Assembly: GCA_946999045.1 (NCBI GenBank) | Contig: CAMQBR010000001.1 | Location: 33,324 to 97,323, forward strand | Reading direction: 5' to 3' | DNA: 64,000 nt | Origin: an uncultured Prevotella sp. | Lineage (GTDB): Bacteria; Bacteroidota; Bacteroidia; Bacteroidales; Bacteroidaceae | Part shown: positions 1-9,875 of the stretch, piece by piece | Numbering within the stretch: position 1 is the first letter of the stretch | Layout of the letters: every line of letters starts with the position of its first letter | The notes under the pieces: model-generated | Told to the model about the DNA's origin: nothing | The model's database searches: none | What the model saw: only the letters and a program-made list of their open reading frames with translations | Made by a program: the position numbers and the translations under genes

Positions 1-697
1 GATGCAATAACTGGAAGATAAGATCTACCGTGTTTACTTGAACTTTTATTTTCAAATCCAAATTTTTATCTTCTATCAACTTTTCAAAAGCCTCACGAGC
101 TAACAGCCCATGAGCTGGTAACACTAAGCCATAATGTTCCAACTCTTCCAATTGAATATTGTTTTTTTGTGCAAGAGCATTATTAGTATTAACAATAGCG
201 GCTAACCTATTACTGAATATTACTCTACTATCTATTTCATTATCGGTTGATAAAGGCAAGAAAGCCAATACAAAATCTACTTTTCTGCTCTTCAACATCT
301 TCAGCAATTCGCTCATTGAATGGTAGAATATATTTAGTTTTATGCCTGGATAAGCCTTCATATATTCTATCATTGTTTCCATCATAATGGTACTAAACGA
401 ATAAGTTACACCAATATTGAGTTCACCCACCAACATCTTTTTCAAATCTTCTATATGATCTATACAAGAGTCGGTAGCTAAAACGGCTTTCTGAGCATAT
501 GGCAATAGTTCATTGCCAGGCTCTGTTAGAAAAACTTCATGACTATTGCGCTCAAATAAAGGCAAACCTATCTCTTTTTCAAGATGACTTATTTGCTGTG
601 AAAGCGTGCTTTGTGTAATAAACAACCGTCTACTTGCTTCCGAAAAATTAAGAGTTTCGGCTACTTTCAAAAAATACTTCAATTGTCTTATTTCCAT
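1..697 (-). CDS. LysR-family transcriptional regulator (3' end truncated by window edge)
   Basis: Reverse-strand translation starts MEIRQLKYFLKVAETLNFSEASRRLFITQSTLSQQISHLEKE (LysR HTH) followed by a substrate-binding region. ATG at 695-697. Not in the ORF track because it runs off the window. Confidence 0.7.
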   Translation of the reverse strand, partial: MEIRQLKYFLKVAETLNFSEASRRLFITQSTLSQQISHLEKEIGLPLFERNSHEVFLTEPGNELLPYAQKAVLATDSCIDHIEDLKKMLVGELNIGVTYSFSTIMMETMIEYMKAYPGIKLNIFYHSMSELLKMLKSRKVDFVLAFLPLSTDNEIDSRVIFSNRLAAIVNTNNALAQKNNIQLEELEHYGLVLPAHGLLAREAFEKLIEDKNLDLKIKVQVNTVDLIFQLLH

Positions 698-753
698 AAC
701 TTCTTTCTTTTCTGAAAACAATATCAATTCTCAAAGCTTAGAATAAAACATTA

Positions 754-1072
754 AAAATGGTACAGAGAGCAAGTCCTGACAGGACGACATAGAATATTTC
801 CATAGGGACTTGTCTCTATGATTTGTCTATTTATTTTCTTCATTAAATAAAATAATACCACTATAAGTGGGCAAATAATCATAAAACATATTCATAAGTT
901 ATGAAGCTATTGGAGCTAAGTCGTTATTTTTTTATAGTAAAACTAACAACTTGTAAAATTATCAACTACATCATTTTGTAGCCCTTTCAGGGGCTCATTG
1001 AAGAATCGTTACTTCTCTGACATAGAGGACAAGCCCATACGCTATGTAGTATGTCGCCCCCCTCAGGGCTTC
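754..1072. repeat. Family-2 repeat copy A: two inverted about 55-nt M motifs (757-820 forward, 1015-1070 reverse) flanking about 190 bp
   Basis: GAGAGCAAGTCCTGACAGGACGACATAGAATATTTCCATAGGGACTTGTCTCTATG matches the reverse complement of 1015-1070 and matches 42165-42217. Contains GCCCTTTCAGGGGC hairpins. Confidence 0.45.
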
Positions 1073-1161
1073 ATTACTCAAATTATCTTTTTTCAATATT
1101 AGAAAAAAACTAAATACAAGGCTTGAGTCAATATACCCACAACTGTTAACTATAACGATAT

Positions 1162-2592
1162 TTACTCAACCAAATTGATATCCTTATCCGTAGCATACAC
1201 GTGTCGACGTTGCAACAATAGTTTGTACAATTTTAGCTTACGCTTGCTCTGTGTCATGTTACGTACAAAAATTTGCGGTATGGCTACACCAATAGCGATA
1301 ACCATAATAACCAGTGATGCACGCATAAAATTGTGCATACCAAAGGTTACCTCGCCCACTTCTCCCTGCATTCCTACAAAAGCGAACAACGCTCTGTACA
1401 TCAATACGCCTGGAACCATAGGAATAACACTGGGCACCGACAAGCACTGATGGGGTGTGTGAACCCTGTGCATAGCTATAGTACACACCAAACTGATAAG
1501 CGAAGAACCTACCAGCGAACCCACAATAATACCCTGATCAAGACCAATATTGCCATTGCTCGGACCCAAATATACAAAGTTACGTGAGCAAACTGCTATA
1601 ATTCCACCCAGAGCTATCATTGGGAACAACCGCTTGGGCGTATTAAAAATGGTAGAGAAACCTATAGCCGATATGGCTGCTGCAATAGCAAACTCTATAT
1701 AATTATGGTGTGGCGTCATGGACAAATCTTTCACAAAATTAGTAACACCACATATTTTTATGGCGAAACTAATACCAAACACCATAGCTATAATCATTAA
1801 CAGCGTATTTAATGCTCGCACCCATCCCGTTTGTATGTGTCCGCTCAGCATATCATTGACAAAGTTGATGAGTGGCACTCCTGGAACAATAAACAAGGCG
1901 CAAGCCAAAAACGGACGGAAAGGTGTATCGGTAAGCATAAATTCTGGCACCATAGAAGCAAACTCCGAACCTGGTGTAAGGAACGAACACAGCCACGCAA
2001 TGATAGTAGAAAGAAACGATGCTACACAAATACCAATATACGTATTAGCTCCCTTTGTAGCCAAATACATCTTAAACCTAAATCCTAAGATAGCTGCTAT
2101 TGATGCATAAAAGAACGCAGGCCAGTCGCCACCAAATTGAATACAGAAACCACCGCAGGCAAAACCCGCACCAATAGCTACCTGCCAGTGCGACCAATAA
2201 CGTTTTTTGTTAAAACACTCATCTAATTCTTTATCGTATCTCTCTAAGCTATAGTTGTGCCTAATGGCAGCCCATGTAAGATGACTAATACGTGTAATGG
2301 CAGCCATATCAATGGCATGCTTGTAACACTTGCGAAATTTGTTGTAAGAAACGCCATTGTGAAAATAATTCACCATGATAACATTATAATTAATGTACAC
2401 ATGCAGATATTTCTTCTCTAATCCCAAATAAGCCTCTACTCGGTGCATATTGCGCACTATCATCGTTGTGTCTGCCGAGCAGTCCATTAAATAACAACCT
2501 ACCTTTAATAATAAATCTAACTCACGATGTACCCGCTGTACATCTTCATCAATAATGTTTTCGTTTCTTTTAATTTCTGTTTGATTAACCAT
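1162..2592 (-). CDS. Threonine/serine exporter family protein (ThrE-like; DUF1212 + DUF3815 fused)
   Basis: 476 aa. N-terminal soluble region with LLLKVGCYLMDCSADTTMIVRNMHRVEAYLG, then about 9 TM helices. Overlaps aspT stop by 8 bp (operon). Confidence 0.5.
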   Translation of the reverse strand: MVNQTEIKRNENIIDEDVQRVHRELDLLLKVGCYLMDCSADTTMIVRNMHRVEAYLGLEKKYLHVYINYNVIMVNYFHNGVSYNKFRKCYKHAIDMAAITRISHLTWAAIRHNYSLERYDKELDECFNKKRYWSHWQVAIGAGFACGGFCIQFGGDWPAFFYASIAAILGFRFKMYLATKGANTYIGICVASFLSTIIAWLCSFLTPGSEFASMVPEFMLTDTPFRPFLACALFIVPGVPLINFVNDMLSGHIQTGWVRALNTLLMIIAMVFGISFAIKICGVTNFVKDLSMTPHHNYIEFAIAAAISAIGFSTIFNTPKRLFPMIALGGIIAVCSRNFVYLGPSNGNIGLDQGIIVGSLVGSSLISLVCTIAMHRVHTPHQCLSVPSVIPMVPGVLMYRALFAFVGMQGEVGEVTFGMHNFMRASLVIMVIAIGVAIPQIFVRNMTQSKRKLKLYKLLLQRRHVYATDKDINLVE

Positions 2593-4270
2593 ATATAAAA
2601 ATCATTATCTGTATAGTTAATATTCTCAATACCATAGCAAATGGGTAAACCATAGAATAACCTACTGAAGGAGAATCACTTTGTGTCATATCATTAACAT
2701 ATGCCAATGCAGGGGGATTGGTGTTGGCACCTGCCAATACACCCATCAACGTAAAATAGTTAATGTGAAATACGTATTTACCAATAATACCACCAATAAG
2801 TATTGGTATCATTGTAATGCCCAAACCGTACAATATCCATTGTATACCCGATTGAGATACAATGGTTTGCACAAAGTCGGCACCCGTTCCTAAGCCAATA
2901 CATGCTAGAAATATACACAAACCTATGCGACGTAACATAAGGTTGGCACTAATAGTGTTATACGTAACCAAATTGTATTTAGGACCGAAATAACCTATTA
3001 AGATAGCCACTATTAATGGACCACCTGTCAAACCTAAACGCAAGCTCTCTGATATACCTGGTATAAAGAATGGTACATTGGCCAAAATACATCCTAAAAC
3101 TATACCTAAAAAGATAGGAATAAGGTTAGGATCATTCAAACGCTTCATAGAATTGCCTAATAACTCTTCAAGTCTGCTAATAGCTAACTCATTACCAACT
3201 ACCGTAACCTTATCACCCATTTGCAATTTAAGATGGGACGTAGCAACCAAATCAATGCCCGAGCGGTTAACTCGAGTAACATTAGCACCCAACCTACTAC
3301 GTATCTTCATTTGCGCCAGTGTCTTACCATTCACCTCCGACTTGGTGATAAGTATACGGCGAGATACTAGTTGTGAACTTATTCCCTTCCAGTTCATATC
3401 TACCTTCTCGCCTAATAACGCACAAATAGGGTCTTGGTCAATTGGCTTACAAACTATCAACAGTACATCTCCACAGTTGATAAGCGTATCATCATCTATA
3501 ATTTCTTGTGTTTCGCTATTGCTTTTATGGATACGCGAAATCATAAATTCGCGCTTTAACAAATCGCTAATATGCTTAGATGTAACTCCGTTAACTCGCT
3601 CATTGGTAACTTTTACCGACAAACTATTAAGGGTAATATCCTCCAAATGCCCAATTCCTCCTTCTGCATCTACCTCTTCTTTTTTCAAGTCAATACGTAA
3701 AATCCATTTCAAAAGGAAGAATGACAATATAACACCTATCACGCCCAAGGGGTAGGTTACGGCATACCCACTGGCAATTGTAGGCGCATCCACATGTCGC
3801 AAGTCGCTGAATGCCTGCTGTGCGGTACCTAATCCTGGGGTATTGGTAACAGATCCAGATAAAATACCAGCAATAGTAGTTATTGACGTATCCGATAAGT
3901 AAAATATAGAAATAGCACCAGCTAAGCTAATAGCTATAACAATAGCCACTAAACCAATGAGAGTGTTACTACCTTTTCTGAAAGATGAAAAGAAACCCGG
4001 ACCCACTTCTAAGCCTATAGAATAGACAAAGAGTATCAACCCAAATTCCTTTAGAAAGTGCAGCAAGTTCTGATCTAAGTTTAGTTTGTAATGTCCAAAG
4101 ACTAAACCCGCAAACAATATCCACGCTAAACCTAATGATACTCCTCGCACTTTAATCTTTCCCAACATTAAACCTAAGGTTATAACCAAAGCTAAAATCA
4201 TAACGGAGTGTGCCACACCTCCGCCCCAAAGATTAGGGAACCCCTTAAAAAGACCCTCTATAATATCCAT
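2585..4270 (-). CDS. Aspartate:alanine antiporter / YidE-YbjL family transporter with two TrkA-C (RCK_C) domains
   Basis: 561 aa. Duplicated membrane domains separated by two soluble TrkA-C-like domains (…VLLIVCKP…, …KVTVVGNELAISRLEELLG…). Typical AspT/YidE architecture. Confidence 0.75.
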   Translation of the reverse strand: MDIIEGLFKGFPNLWGGGVAHSVMILALVITLGLMLGKIKVRGVSLGLAWILFAGLVFGHYKLNLDQNLLHFLKEFGLILFVYSIGLEVGPGFFSSFRKGSNTLIGLVAIVIAISLAGAISIFYLSDTSITTIAGILSGSVTNTPGLGTAQQAFSDLRHVDAPTIASGYAVTYPLGVIGVILSFFLLKWILRIDLKKEEVDAEGGIGHLEDITLNSLSVKVTNERVNGVTSKHISDLLKREFMISRIHKSNSETQEIIDDDTLINCGDVLLIVCKPIDQDPICALLGEKVDMNWKGISSQLVSRRILITKSEVNGKTLAQMKIRSRLGANVTRVNRSGIDLVATSHLKLQMGDKVTVVGNELAISRLEELLGNSMKRLNDPNLIPIFLGIVLGCILANVPFFIPGISESLRLGLTGGPLIVAILIGYFGPKYNLVTYNTISANLMLRRIGLCIFLACIGLGTGADFVQTIVSQSGIQWILYGLGITMIPILIGGIIGKYVFHINYFTLMGVLAGANTNPPALAYVNDMTQSDSPSVGYSMVYPFAMVLRILTIQIMIFIYG

Positions 4271-4498
4271 GATTGTACACTGTAAAATTCGCTTACAAAG
4301 TTATCGAAAATACTAAAAACAATCAAGTTTTTGCTATAAATAATCATGATAATAGTTAACTTTATCACTAATGTCTATAGGTAAATTCAATAACTGGTAT
4401 AGAAAAAGCAGAATATAGAGGAGGAATCCATAAAAATAGATTAGCAGTATAAAGACGCACGACTTGTATATATGCATTTTTTCATTAAAATAATATTT

Positions 4499-4691
4499 GG
4501 GCGGTTCTATAAATTACCACCGTAAAGTTTTTTATATCAGTTTTTTTACGTTTTTTCATCTTGTGGACTTTTTTTTGTTCAATTTGCTTGTTCGTTCAGT
4601 CTCGTATAGCTCACTATACTCCTTCACTCACAAACAAAGTGATCTCAAAAATAGCCTCACCATTTGTCAAAGCTAATTTATAGAACCGCCC
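4499..4691 (+). mobile_element. MITE-like element copy 1 (family 1), 193 bp, 18-bp TIRs, TSD ATTT
   Basis: GGGCGGTTCTATAAATTACCACCGTAAAG…GTCAAAGCTAATTTATAGAACCGCCC. Internal palindrome AGTATAGCnnGCTATACT. Flanked by ATTT on both sides. 227 bp upstream of the aspT start. Confidence 0.8.
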
Positions 4692-5200
4692 ATTTGTTTT
4701 TGTGCTGACGTTCAACCAAGCATCCTACCTTTAGCTTGAGATACAAATAAGCATTATTTTTTATGAAAAATATTTACTTACCCTTTCAATACTTGCGTAT
4801 TTGTCAGCAACAGCATTATTGCCCACAAATACAAGAATTTTGCACATTATTCATTATCAAAGAGTTATATTTTTTTATCTATTTTTTATTTCATAAAAAG
4901 CATACATTAGTCTTACTAACTCCATGCTTTAGGATGGTAAACTGTATGTAATTTCCAAGCTATTTCATGCAAATATCACCATTAACTCAATGCTTTAGTA
5001 AAAAAAAGTAACGCAACTGTCATTTTTACTCGTATTATCTACCTTCTTTTATTGCTTTTATTTTCCAGATTGAAAGTATATAAATTATCATTTTTCTTTA
5101 CATTCTTTATTTGCAATTTTTCTCGAAATTAGCTGTTATTATGCTTGAAGACTACTCTATATATTACAAATAATGTATGCTGTTGGCTCACCTAAAAAAA

Positions 5201-5228
5201 TCTGCGAAATTTGCGAAATCTGCGAGAA
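5201..5228 (+). repeat. Short tandem TGCGAAAT repeat (2.7 copies) in oxyR upstream region
   Basis: TCTGCGAAATTTGCGAAATCTGCGAG, about 125 bp upstream of the oxyR ATG. Confidence 0.4.
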
Positions 5229-5350
5229 AAATAATACTTCATAAGAAAATATATCACTGAAACACAATATCATTTAACCTATATTACGCATTTCATATTG
5301 TGGCTTTTATTGAAAATATGTACCTTTGTATAAATTAATAAGACACTACT

Positions 5351-6277
5351 ATGACTTTACAACAGCTTGAATATATGATGGCAGTGTACAGATTAAGGCA
5401 CTTTGCTAAAGCAGCCGACTATTGCCATGTTACACAACCAACACTTAGCTCAATGATTCAGAAATTAGAAGACGAATTAGGTGTTAAAATATTTGACCGC
5501 AAGAAACAACCTATTGGGGTTACTTCGGTGGGCGAAGCCATTATAGAACAAGGTTGGAAAGTATTGGTAAATGCTCATAAGGTTACTGAGGTAGTAAAAG
5601 AGGAGAAGCATTCTATTAGCGGAACATTCCGTATTGGCATTCTGCCAACCATTGCTCCGTATCTTATTCCAAGGTTTTTTCCACAACTCATGAATGAGTT
5701 TCCAGATATGGATGTACGTATCGTGGAAATGAAAACCAATGAGATACGTCAGGCGTTGCAGAGAGGTGATATAGATATGGGCATTGTTGCCGACCTTTGC
5801 GACATGGATGAGTTTGACAAGCAGACATTGTTTTTTGAACAGTTCTTTGCATACGTTGCCAAAAACGATCCGCTCTATCAAAAGAACAATGTAAAGATAA
5901 GTGATTTGGTTGGCGAATTTTTATGGTTGTTGGATGAGGGACATTGCTTTAGAGACCAATTGGTGAAGTACTGCCAACTAAAGGCTGCCAACACTAGCAA
6001 GAAGGCTTATAGCTTAGGAAGTATTGAGACCTTTATGCGCATAGTAGAAAGTGGAAAGGGTGTTACCTTTATTCCAGAATTGGCAGTGTATCAGTTAAAC
6101 GACAGTCAAAAAAAACTTGTAAAGCCATTTGCCATTCCTGTTCCTACTCGCGAAATTGTAATGATAACACAAAAGGATTTTATCCGTCATCGGCTTCGCC
6201 AGTTATTAGTAGATCGTATAAGAGCCAGCATACCCAAAGAGTTGCTAACATTGAGCAAGATGCAAAGGGCTATATGA
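5351..6277 (+). CDS. oxyR: Hydrogen-peroxide-inducible genes activator OxyR (LysR family)
   Basis: CHVTQPTLSSMIQKLEDELGV HTH closely matches E. coli OxyR. Redox-cysteine pair conserved with exact spacing (GHCFRDQLVKYC vs GHCLRDQAMGFC). Confidence 0.85.
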   Translation: MTLQQLEYMMAVYRLRHFAKAADYCHVTQPTLSSMIQKLEDELGVKIFDRKKQPIGVTSVGEAIIEQGWKVLVNAHKVTEVVKEEKHSISGTFRIGILPTIAPYLIPRFFPQLMNEFPDMDVRIVEMKTNEIRQALQRGDIDMGIVADLCDMDEFDKQTLFFEQFFAYVAKNDPLYQKNNVKISDLVGEFLWLLDEGHCFRDQLVKYCQLKAANTSKKAYSLGSIETFMRIVESGKGVTFIPELAVYQLNDSQKKLVKPFAIPVPTREIVMITQKDFIRHRLRQLLVDRIRASIPKELLTLSKMQRAI

Positions 6278-6318
6278 GCCTTTTATAGCTCAAAAATAAA
6301 TCAAAAAAATCTAAAAAA

Positions 6319-6338
6319 GTTAATTTATAGAACCTACC
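6319..6338. repeat. Solo terminal repeat of MITE family 1
   Basis: GTTAATTTATAGAACCTACC matches the right TIR. Immediately followed by a partial family-2 repeat (6341-6480). Confidence 0.45.
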
Positions 6339-6340
6339 TA

Positions 6341-6480
6341 TACTCTTTCGCCCCTTACAGGGGTATTAGTTTATTGAATGAAGAATTATCACCAATATTT
6401 AAGTAATAAGCCCCCTACACTATGCTATATCGTTCTTTCATAACTTGTAGTTATTTCAGCCCCTCCCTTTGGAAAAAAAT
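6341..6480. repeat. Partial family-2 repeat copy C
   Basis: CGCCCCTTACAGGGG…ATTGAATGAAGAAT…AAGCCCCCTACACTATGCTATATCG shares blocks with 961-1070 and 42240-42400. Confidence 0.35.
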
Positions 6481-6597
6481 GGGGGTAACTTATAACAATA
6501 AACAAGAGTTATGTTCACTGAGCTAACAGGTATTTGTCTGATAACTCCTATAAACTACTTATTTACTCATATTAATTCCTTGGCGTCTTTCAAAATT

Positions 6598-8868
6598 ATG
6601 AATTATGTAGATGTTGTCGTACCATTGCCATTAGAGGGTACATTTACTTATTCTGTACCAGACAACTTAATAGATAAGGTACAGTTTGGAGTACGTGTTG
6701 CTGTAACGTTCGGTACATCTAAGGTACATACTGCCATTGTAGTTTGTATACACAACGACACACCAGCCTTTAAGGTAAAAGATATTATTGCTGTTATTGA
6801 CAATACCCCTATGCTCATACAACAACAATATAAGCTGTGGCAATGGATATCATCTTATTACTTGGCATTCATCGGTGATGTTTATAATGCAGCATTGCCT
6901 GCTGGACTCAAGGTTGAAGAAAACTATAAACCACGAACCGAAACGTATATTGACCTGTGTGAGCCATATAAAAACGAACAGGCATTACACTTAGCACTCA
7001 ATTTACTGAAGCGTGCTCCCAATCAGCAAGAGGTTTTAATGAACTTCTTGCACATATCTCATTGGGAAACCATTCGTGGTGACCAATTAACTGAGCCTAT
7101 TGTGGATATTACCCGAGAGGAGTTGATGAACGTTTCGCATTGTACCTATGCCACTGTAAAACGATTAATAGAGCGAAAAATATTGCATACCTACGAACGA
7201 GAAGTGGGACGCCTCAACAATATGGGCGAAGAACATATTGAAAGAGTAAAACAACTAAACGATGCACAACAAGAAGCCTACAACCAAATTGTATTTCAGT
7301 TTCTGAAAAAGAATGTTGTTTTGTTACACGGAGTTACATCCTGTGGCAAAACAGAAATCTATATACATCTTATAAAAAAGGCACTAGAAGATAAGAAACA
7401 GGTGCTTTATTTGTTGCCAGAAATTGCATTAACGGTTCAAATAACCAGCAGGTTACGGCATGTGTTTGGCAACAAATTAGGCATTTATCACTCTAAATAC
7501 AGCGATGCCGAACGGGTGGAAATATGGAAAAAACAGTTATCCACCAACCCTTACGAGGTGATATTAGGTGTGCGAAGTGCCGTGTTCTTACCCTTTCAAC
7601 GACTCGGTTTGGTTGTGATTGACGAGGAACACGAAACCTCTTTTAAACAACAAGACCCCTCACCACGTTATCATGCTCGCTCGGTTGCCATTATGCTGGC
7701 ACAGATGTATGGGGCAAAAGCATTGTTGGGAACAGCTACTCCCTCCATGGAAAGTTACTACAATGCGAGACAGGGTAAGTATGGGTTGGTAACATTATCT
7801 ACGAGATACAAGGGTATTGAGTTGCCAAAGATAAATATTGTTGACATAAAAGACCTGCAACACCGCAAGATGATGACGGGGCCTTTCTCGCCTATACTGA
7901 TAAAGGCTATCAATGAGGCACTCAATAACAACCAACAGGTTATTTTGTTTCAAAACCGACGTGGCTTTGCACCTATGATAGAGTGCCACACTTGTGGTTG
8001 GGTTCCTAAGTGTACCCATTGTGATGTATCGCTTACCATGCACAAAACCATGAATTTACTGACGTGCCACTATTGCGGATACACGTATCAAATACCAACA
8101 GTGTGTCCGGCTTGTGGGGAAACCGACTTGCGGGGACGTGGATATGGAACTGAGAAGGTAGAGCAATATGTTAACCAATTGTTTCCACAAGCCAGAGTAG
8201 CACGTATGGATTTAGATACTACTCGTACCCGAAATGCGTACGAACGATTGATAGATGATTTTTCGTGTGGAAGAACTAACTTACTAATTGGTACACAAAT
8301 GGTTAGTAAAGGATTAGATTTTGACTGCGTGAGCGTTGTGGGAATACTTAATGCAGACTCAATGTTAAATTATCCCGACTTTCGTTCTTACGAACATGCG
8401 TTTATGATGATGGAGCAGGTAAGTGGCAGAGCAGGACGAAAAGGCAAACGTGGTACCGTATTTTTGCAAACAAAGAATAAGGATTTGCCGATTATACAAC
8501 AAGTAGTAAACAACGATTATCAAGGCTTCTTTACATCTTTGTTAGATGAGCGTAAGGCTTTTTCTTATCCTCCTTTTTATCATTTGATTTATGTTTTTTT
8601 ACGTCATCGCTACGAAAATGTAGTTGAAACTGCATCGGTAGAATTGGGTAGTAGATTGCGTCAGGGATTAAAAGAGCGCGTGTTAGGTCCTGACAAGCCT
8701 ACCATTGCTCGTATCAAGAATTTATATATTCGTAAAATTGTTATTAAATTGGAGAATGGTATCAACTTTCAGGCTGTTCGACAATATCTCCGTACCATCC
8801 AGCAACAGCTGTTGCAGGATAAGCGTTATGCCTCACTACAGGTGTATTACGATGTAGATCCGTTATAG
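6598..8868 (+). CDS. priA: Primosomal protein N' (replication restart helicase PriA)
   Basis: DEEHE (DEAH box). Cys-rich zinc fingers (CHTCGWVPKCTHCD…CHYCGY…CPACG). Helicase motifs. Start moved to MNYVDVVVPLPL (ATG 6598); the track ORF from 6511 adds an unlikely N-terminal extension. Confidence 0.9.
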   Translation: MNYVDVVVPLPLEGTFTYSVPDNLIDKVQFGVRVAVTFGTSKVHTAIVVCIHNDTPAFKVKDIIAVIDNTPMLIQQQYKLWQWISSYYLAFIGDVYNAALPAGLKVEENYKPRTETYIDLCEPYKNEQALHLALNLLKRAPNQQEVLMNFLHISHWETIRGDQLTEPIVDITREELMNVSHCTYATVKRLIERKILHTYEREVGRLNNMGEEHIERVKQLNDAQQEAYNQIVFQFLKKNVVLLHGVTSCGKTEIYIHLIKKALEDKKQVLYLLPEIALTVQITSRLRHVFGNKLGIYHSKYSDAERVEIWKKQLSTNPYEVILGVRSAVFLPFQRLGLVVIDEEHETSFKQQDPSPRYHARSVAIMLAQMYGAKALLGTATPSMESYYNARQGKYGLVTLSTRYKGIELPKINIVDIKDLQHRKMMTGPFSPILIKAINEALNNNQQVILFQNRRGFAPMIECHTCGWVPKCTHCDVSLTMHKTMNLLTCHYCGYTYQIPTVCPACGETDLRGRGYGTEKVEQYVNQLFPQARVARMDLDTTRTRNAYERLIDDFSCGRTNLLIGTQMVSKGLDFDCVSVVGILNADSMLNYPDFRSYEHAFMMMEQVSGRAGRKGKRGTVFLQTKNKDLPIIQQVVNNDYQGFFTSLLDERKAFSYPPFYHLIYVFLRHRYENVVETASVELGSRLRQGLKERVLGPDKPTIARIKNLYIRKIVIKLENGINFQAVRQYLRTIQQQLLQDKRYASLQVYYDVDPL

Positions 8869-8993
8869 ATACCTGTCCTTATTATCTTAGGGAATATTTT
8901 TGAGTTAAGGGCAGTTCTATAACTTTTATGTTGAACTTAGAGCTTTATGGTTAGCTCCCTTACTATATCACTTGCTTTTCATAGGTTGTAAGG

Positions 8994-9013
8994 ACGCACG
9001 GCTCGTGCGTCCG
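8994..9013 (+). terminator. GC-rich hairpin downstream of priA (GGACGCACG-GCTC-GTGCGTCC)
   Basis: Perfect 8-bp stem with 4-nt loop about 125 bp after the priA stop. No U-tract, which is common in Bacteroidetes. Confidence 0.35.
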
Positions 9014-9089
9014 CTCATTAATAATCATACCAACTTAAAATTCTACGAATAAATCAAATTATTTTGTACCTTTGCCTAAAATATATTTT

Positions 9090-9875
9090 ATGATATTATT
9101 AAGTTTTGATACAGAAGAATTTGATGTTCCTAAAGAGCATGGAGTAGACATCTCTTTAGAAGAGGGAATACGTATTTCGGTTGAAGGTACTAACAAGATA
9201 TTAGACTGTTTGAAGCAAAATAAGGTACAAGCTACTTTCTTTTGCACAGGCAACTTTGCCAAACACTCCCCCAAAACCATTGAGCGTATTATGCAAGAGG
9301 GGCATGAGGTGGCGTGTCATGGGGTAGATCACTGGAAGCCTAAGGCTACAGATATATATGAATCTAAGCGCATTATAGAAGCGACAATAGGCAAAAAGGT
9401 GAACGGATATAGGCAACCACGTATGTTTTCTGTATCGGATACAGATATAGAGAAGGCTGGATATACGTATAATTCATCGCTGAATCCAGCTTGTATACCT
9501 GGTAGATATATTCATCTTACTATGCCACGAATATGGTTTATGCGTGGTAAGGTAATGCAAATACCAGCATCTGTTACCCCTTGGATTAGGTTTCCGCTTT
9601 TCTGGTTGTCGTTGCATAACTTGCCGCAGGCTCTGTATCATAGTATGACTCGGTGGGTATTGCGCCACGATGGTTACTTTGTTACTTATTTTCATCCTTG
9701 GGAATTTTACGAACTAAATGCGCATCGTGAGTACAAAATGCCATACATTATCCGAAAAAACAGTGGAGATAAAATGATTCAGCGATTAGATAACTTGATA
9801 AAAATGCTCAAGCAAAGGGGTGAGAAATTTATTACTTTCTCTGAATTTGTAGACAGAAAGCGAGGAAAAGCATGA
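9090..9875 (+). CDS. Polysaccharide deacetylase, ArnD/LgmC-like (lipid-linked amino-sugar deformylase/deacetylase)
   Basis: SFDTEEFDV…ATFFCTGNF…HEVACHGVDHW resembles ArnD motifs (DVDT…HAWDHH). Start set at ATG 9090; the track ORF begins at TTG 9072. Confidence 0.65.
   Translation: MILLSFDTEEFDVPKEHGVDISLEEGIRISVEGTNKILDCLKQNKVQATFFCTGNFAKHSPKTIERIMQEGHEVACHGVDHWKPKATDIYESKRIIEATIGKKVNGYRQPRMFSVSDTDIEKAGYTYNSSLNPACIPGRYIHLTMPRIWFMRGKVMQIPASVTPWIRFPLFWLSLHNLPQALYHSMTRWVLRHDGYFVTYFHPWEFYELNAHREYKMPYIIRKNSGDKMIQRLDNLIKMLKQRGEKFITFSEFVDRKRGKA

Noticed and set aside
1175-2110. Several 60-130-aa plus-strand ORFs (and similar small ORFs at 3078-3755, 5477-5881, 7795-8043, 18990-19259, 21895-22185, 30401-32054, 36540-38247, 61433-62926)
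   Set aside because: All are antisense or out of frame within long, well-supported genes. Typical low-GC shadow ORFs.
4499-4691. Possible micro-ORF inside the MITE (MTKRKKTDIKTLRW on the reverse strand)
   Set aside because: Not conserved between copies; copy 4 has a stop after 5 codons.
6511-6597. Upstream extension of the priA ORF
   Set aside because: PriA homologues begin at M-x-YVDV…PLPL. The track ORF simply lacks an upstream in-frame stop.
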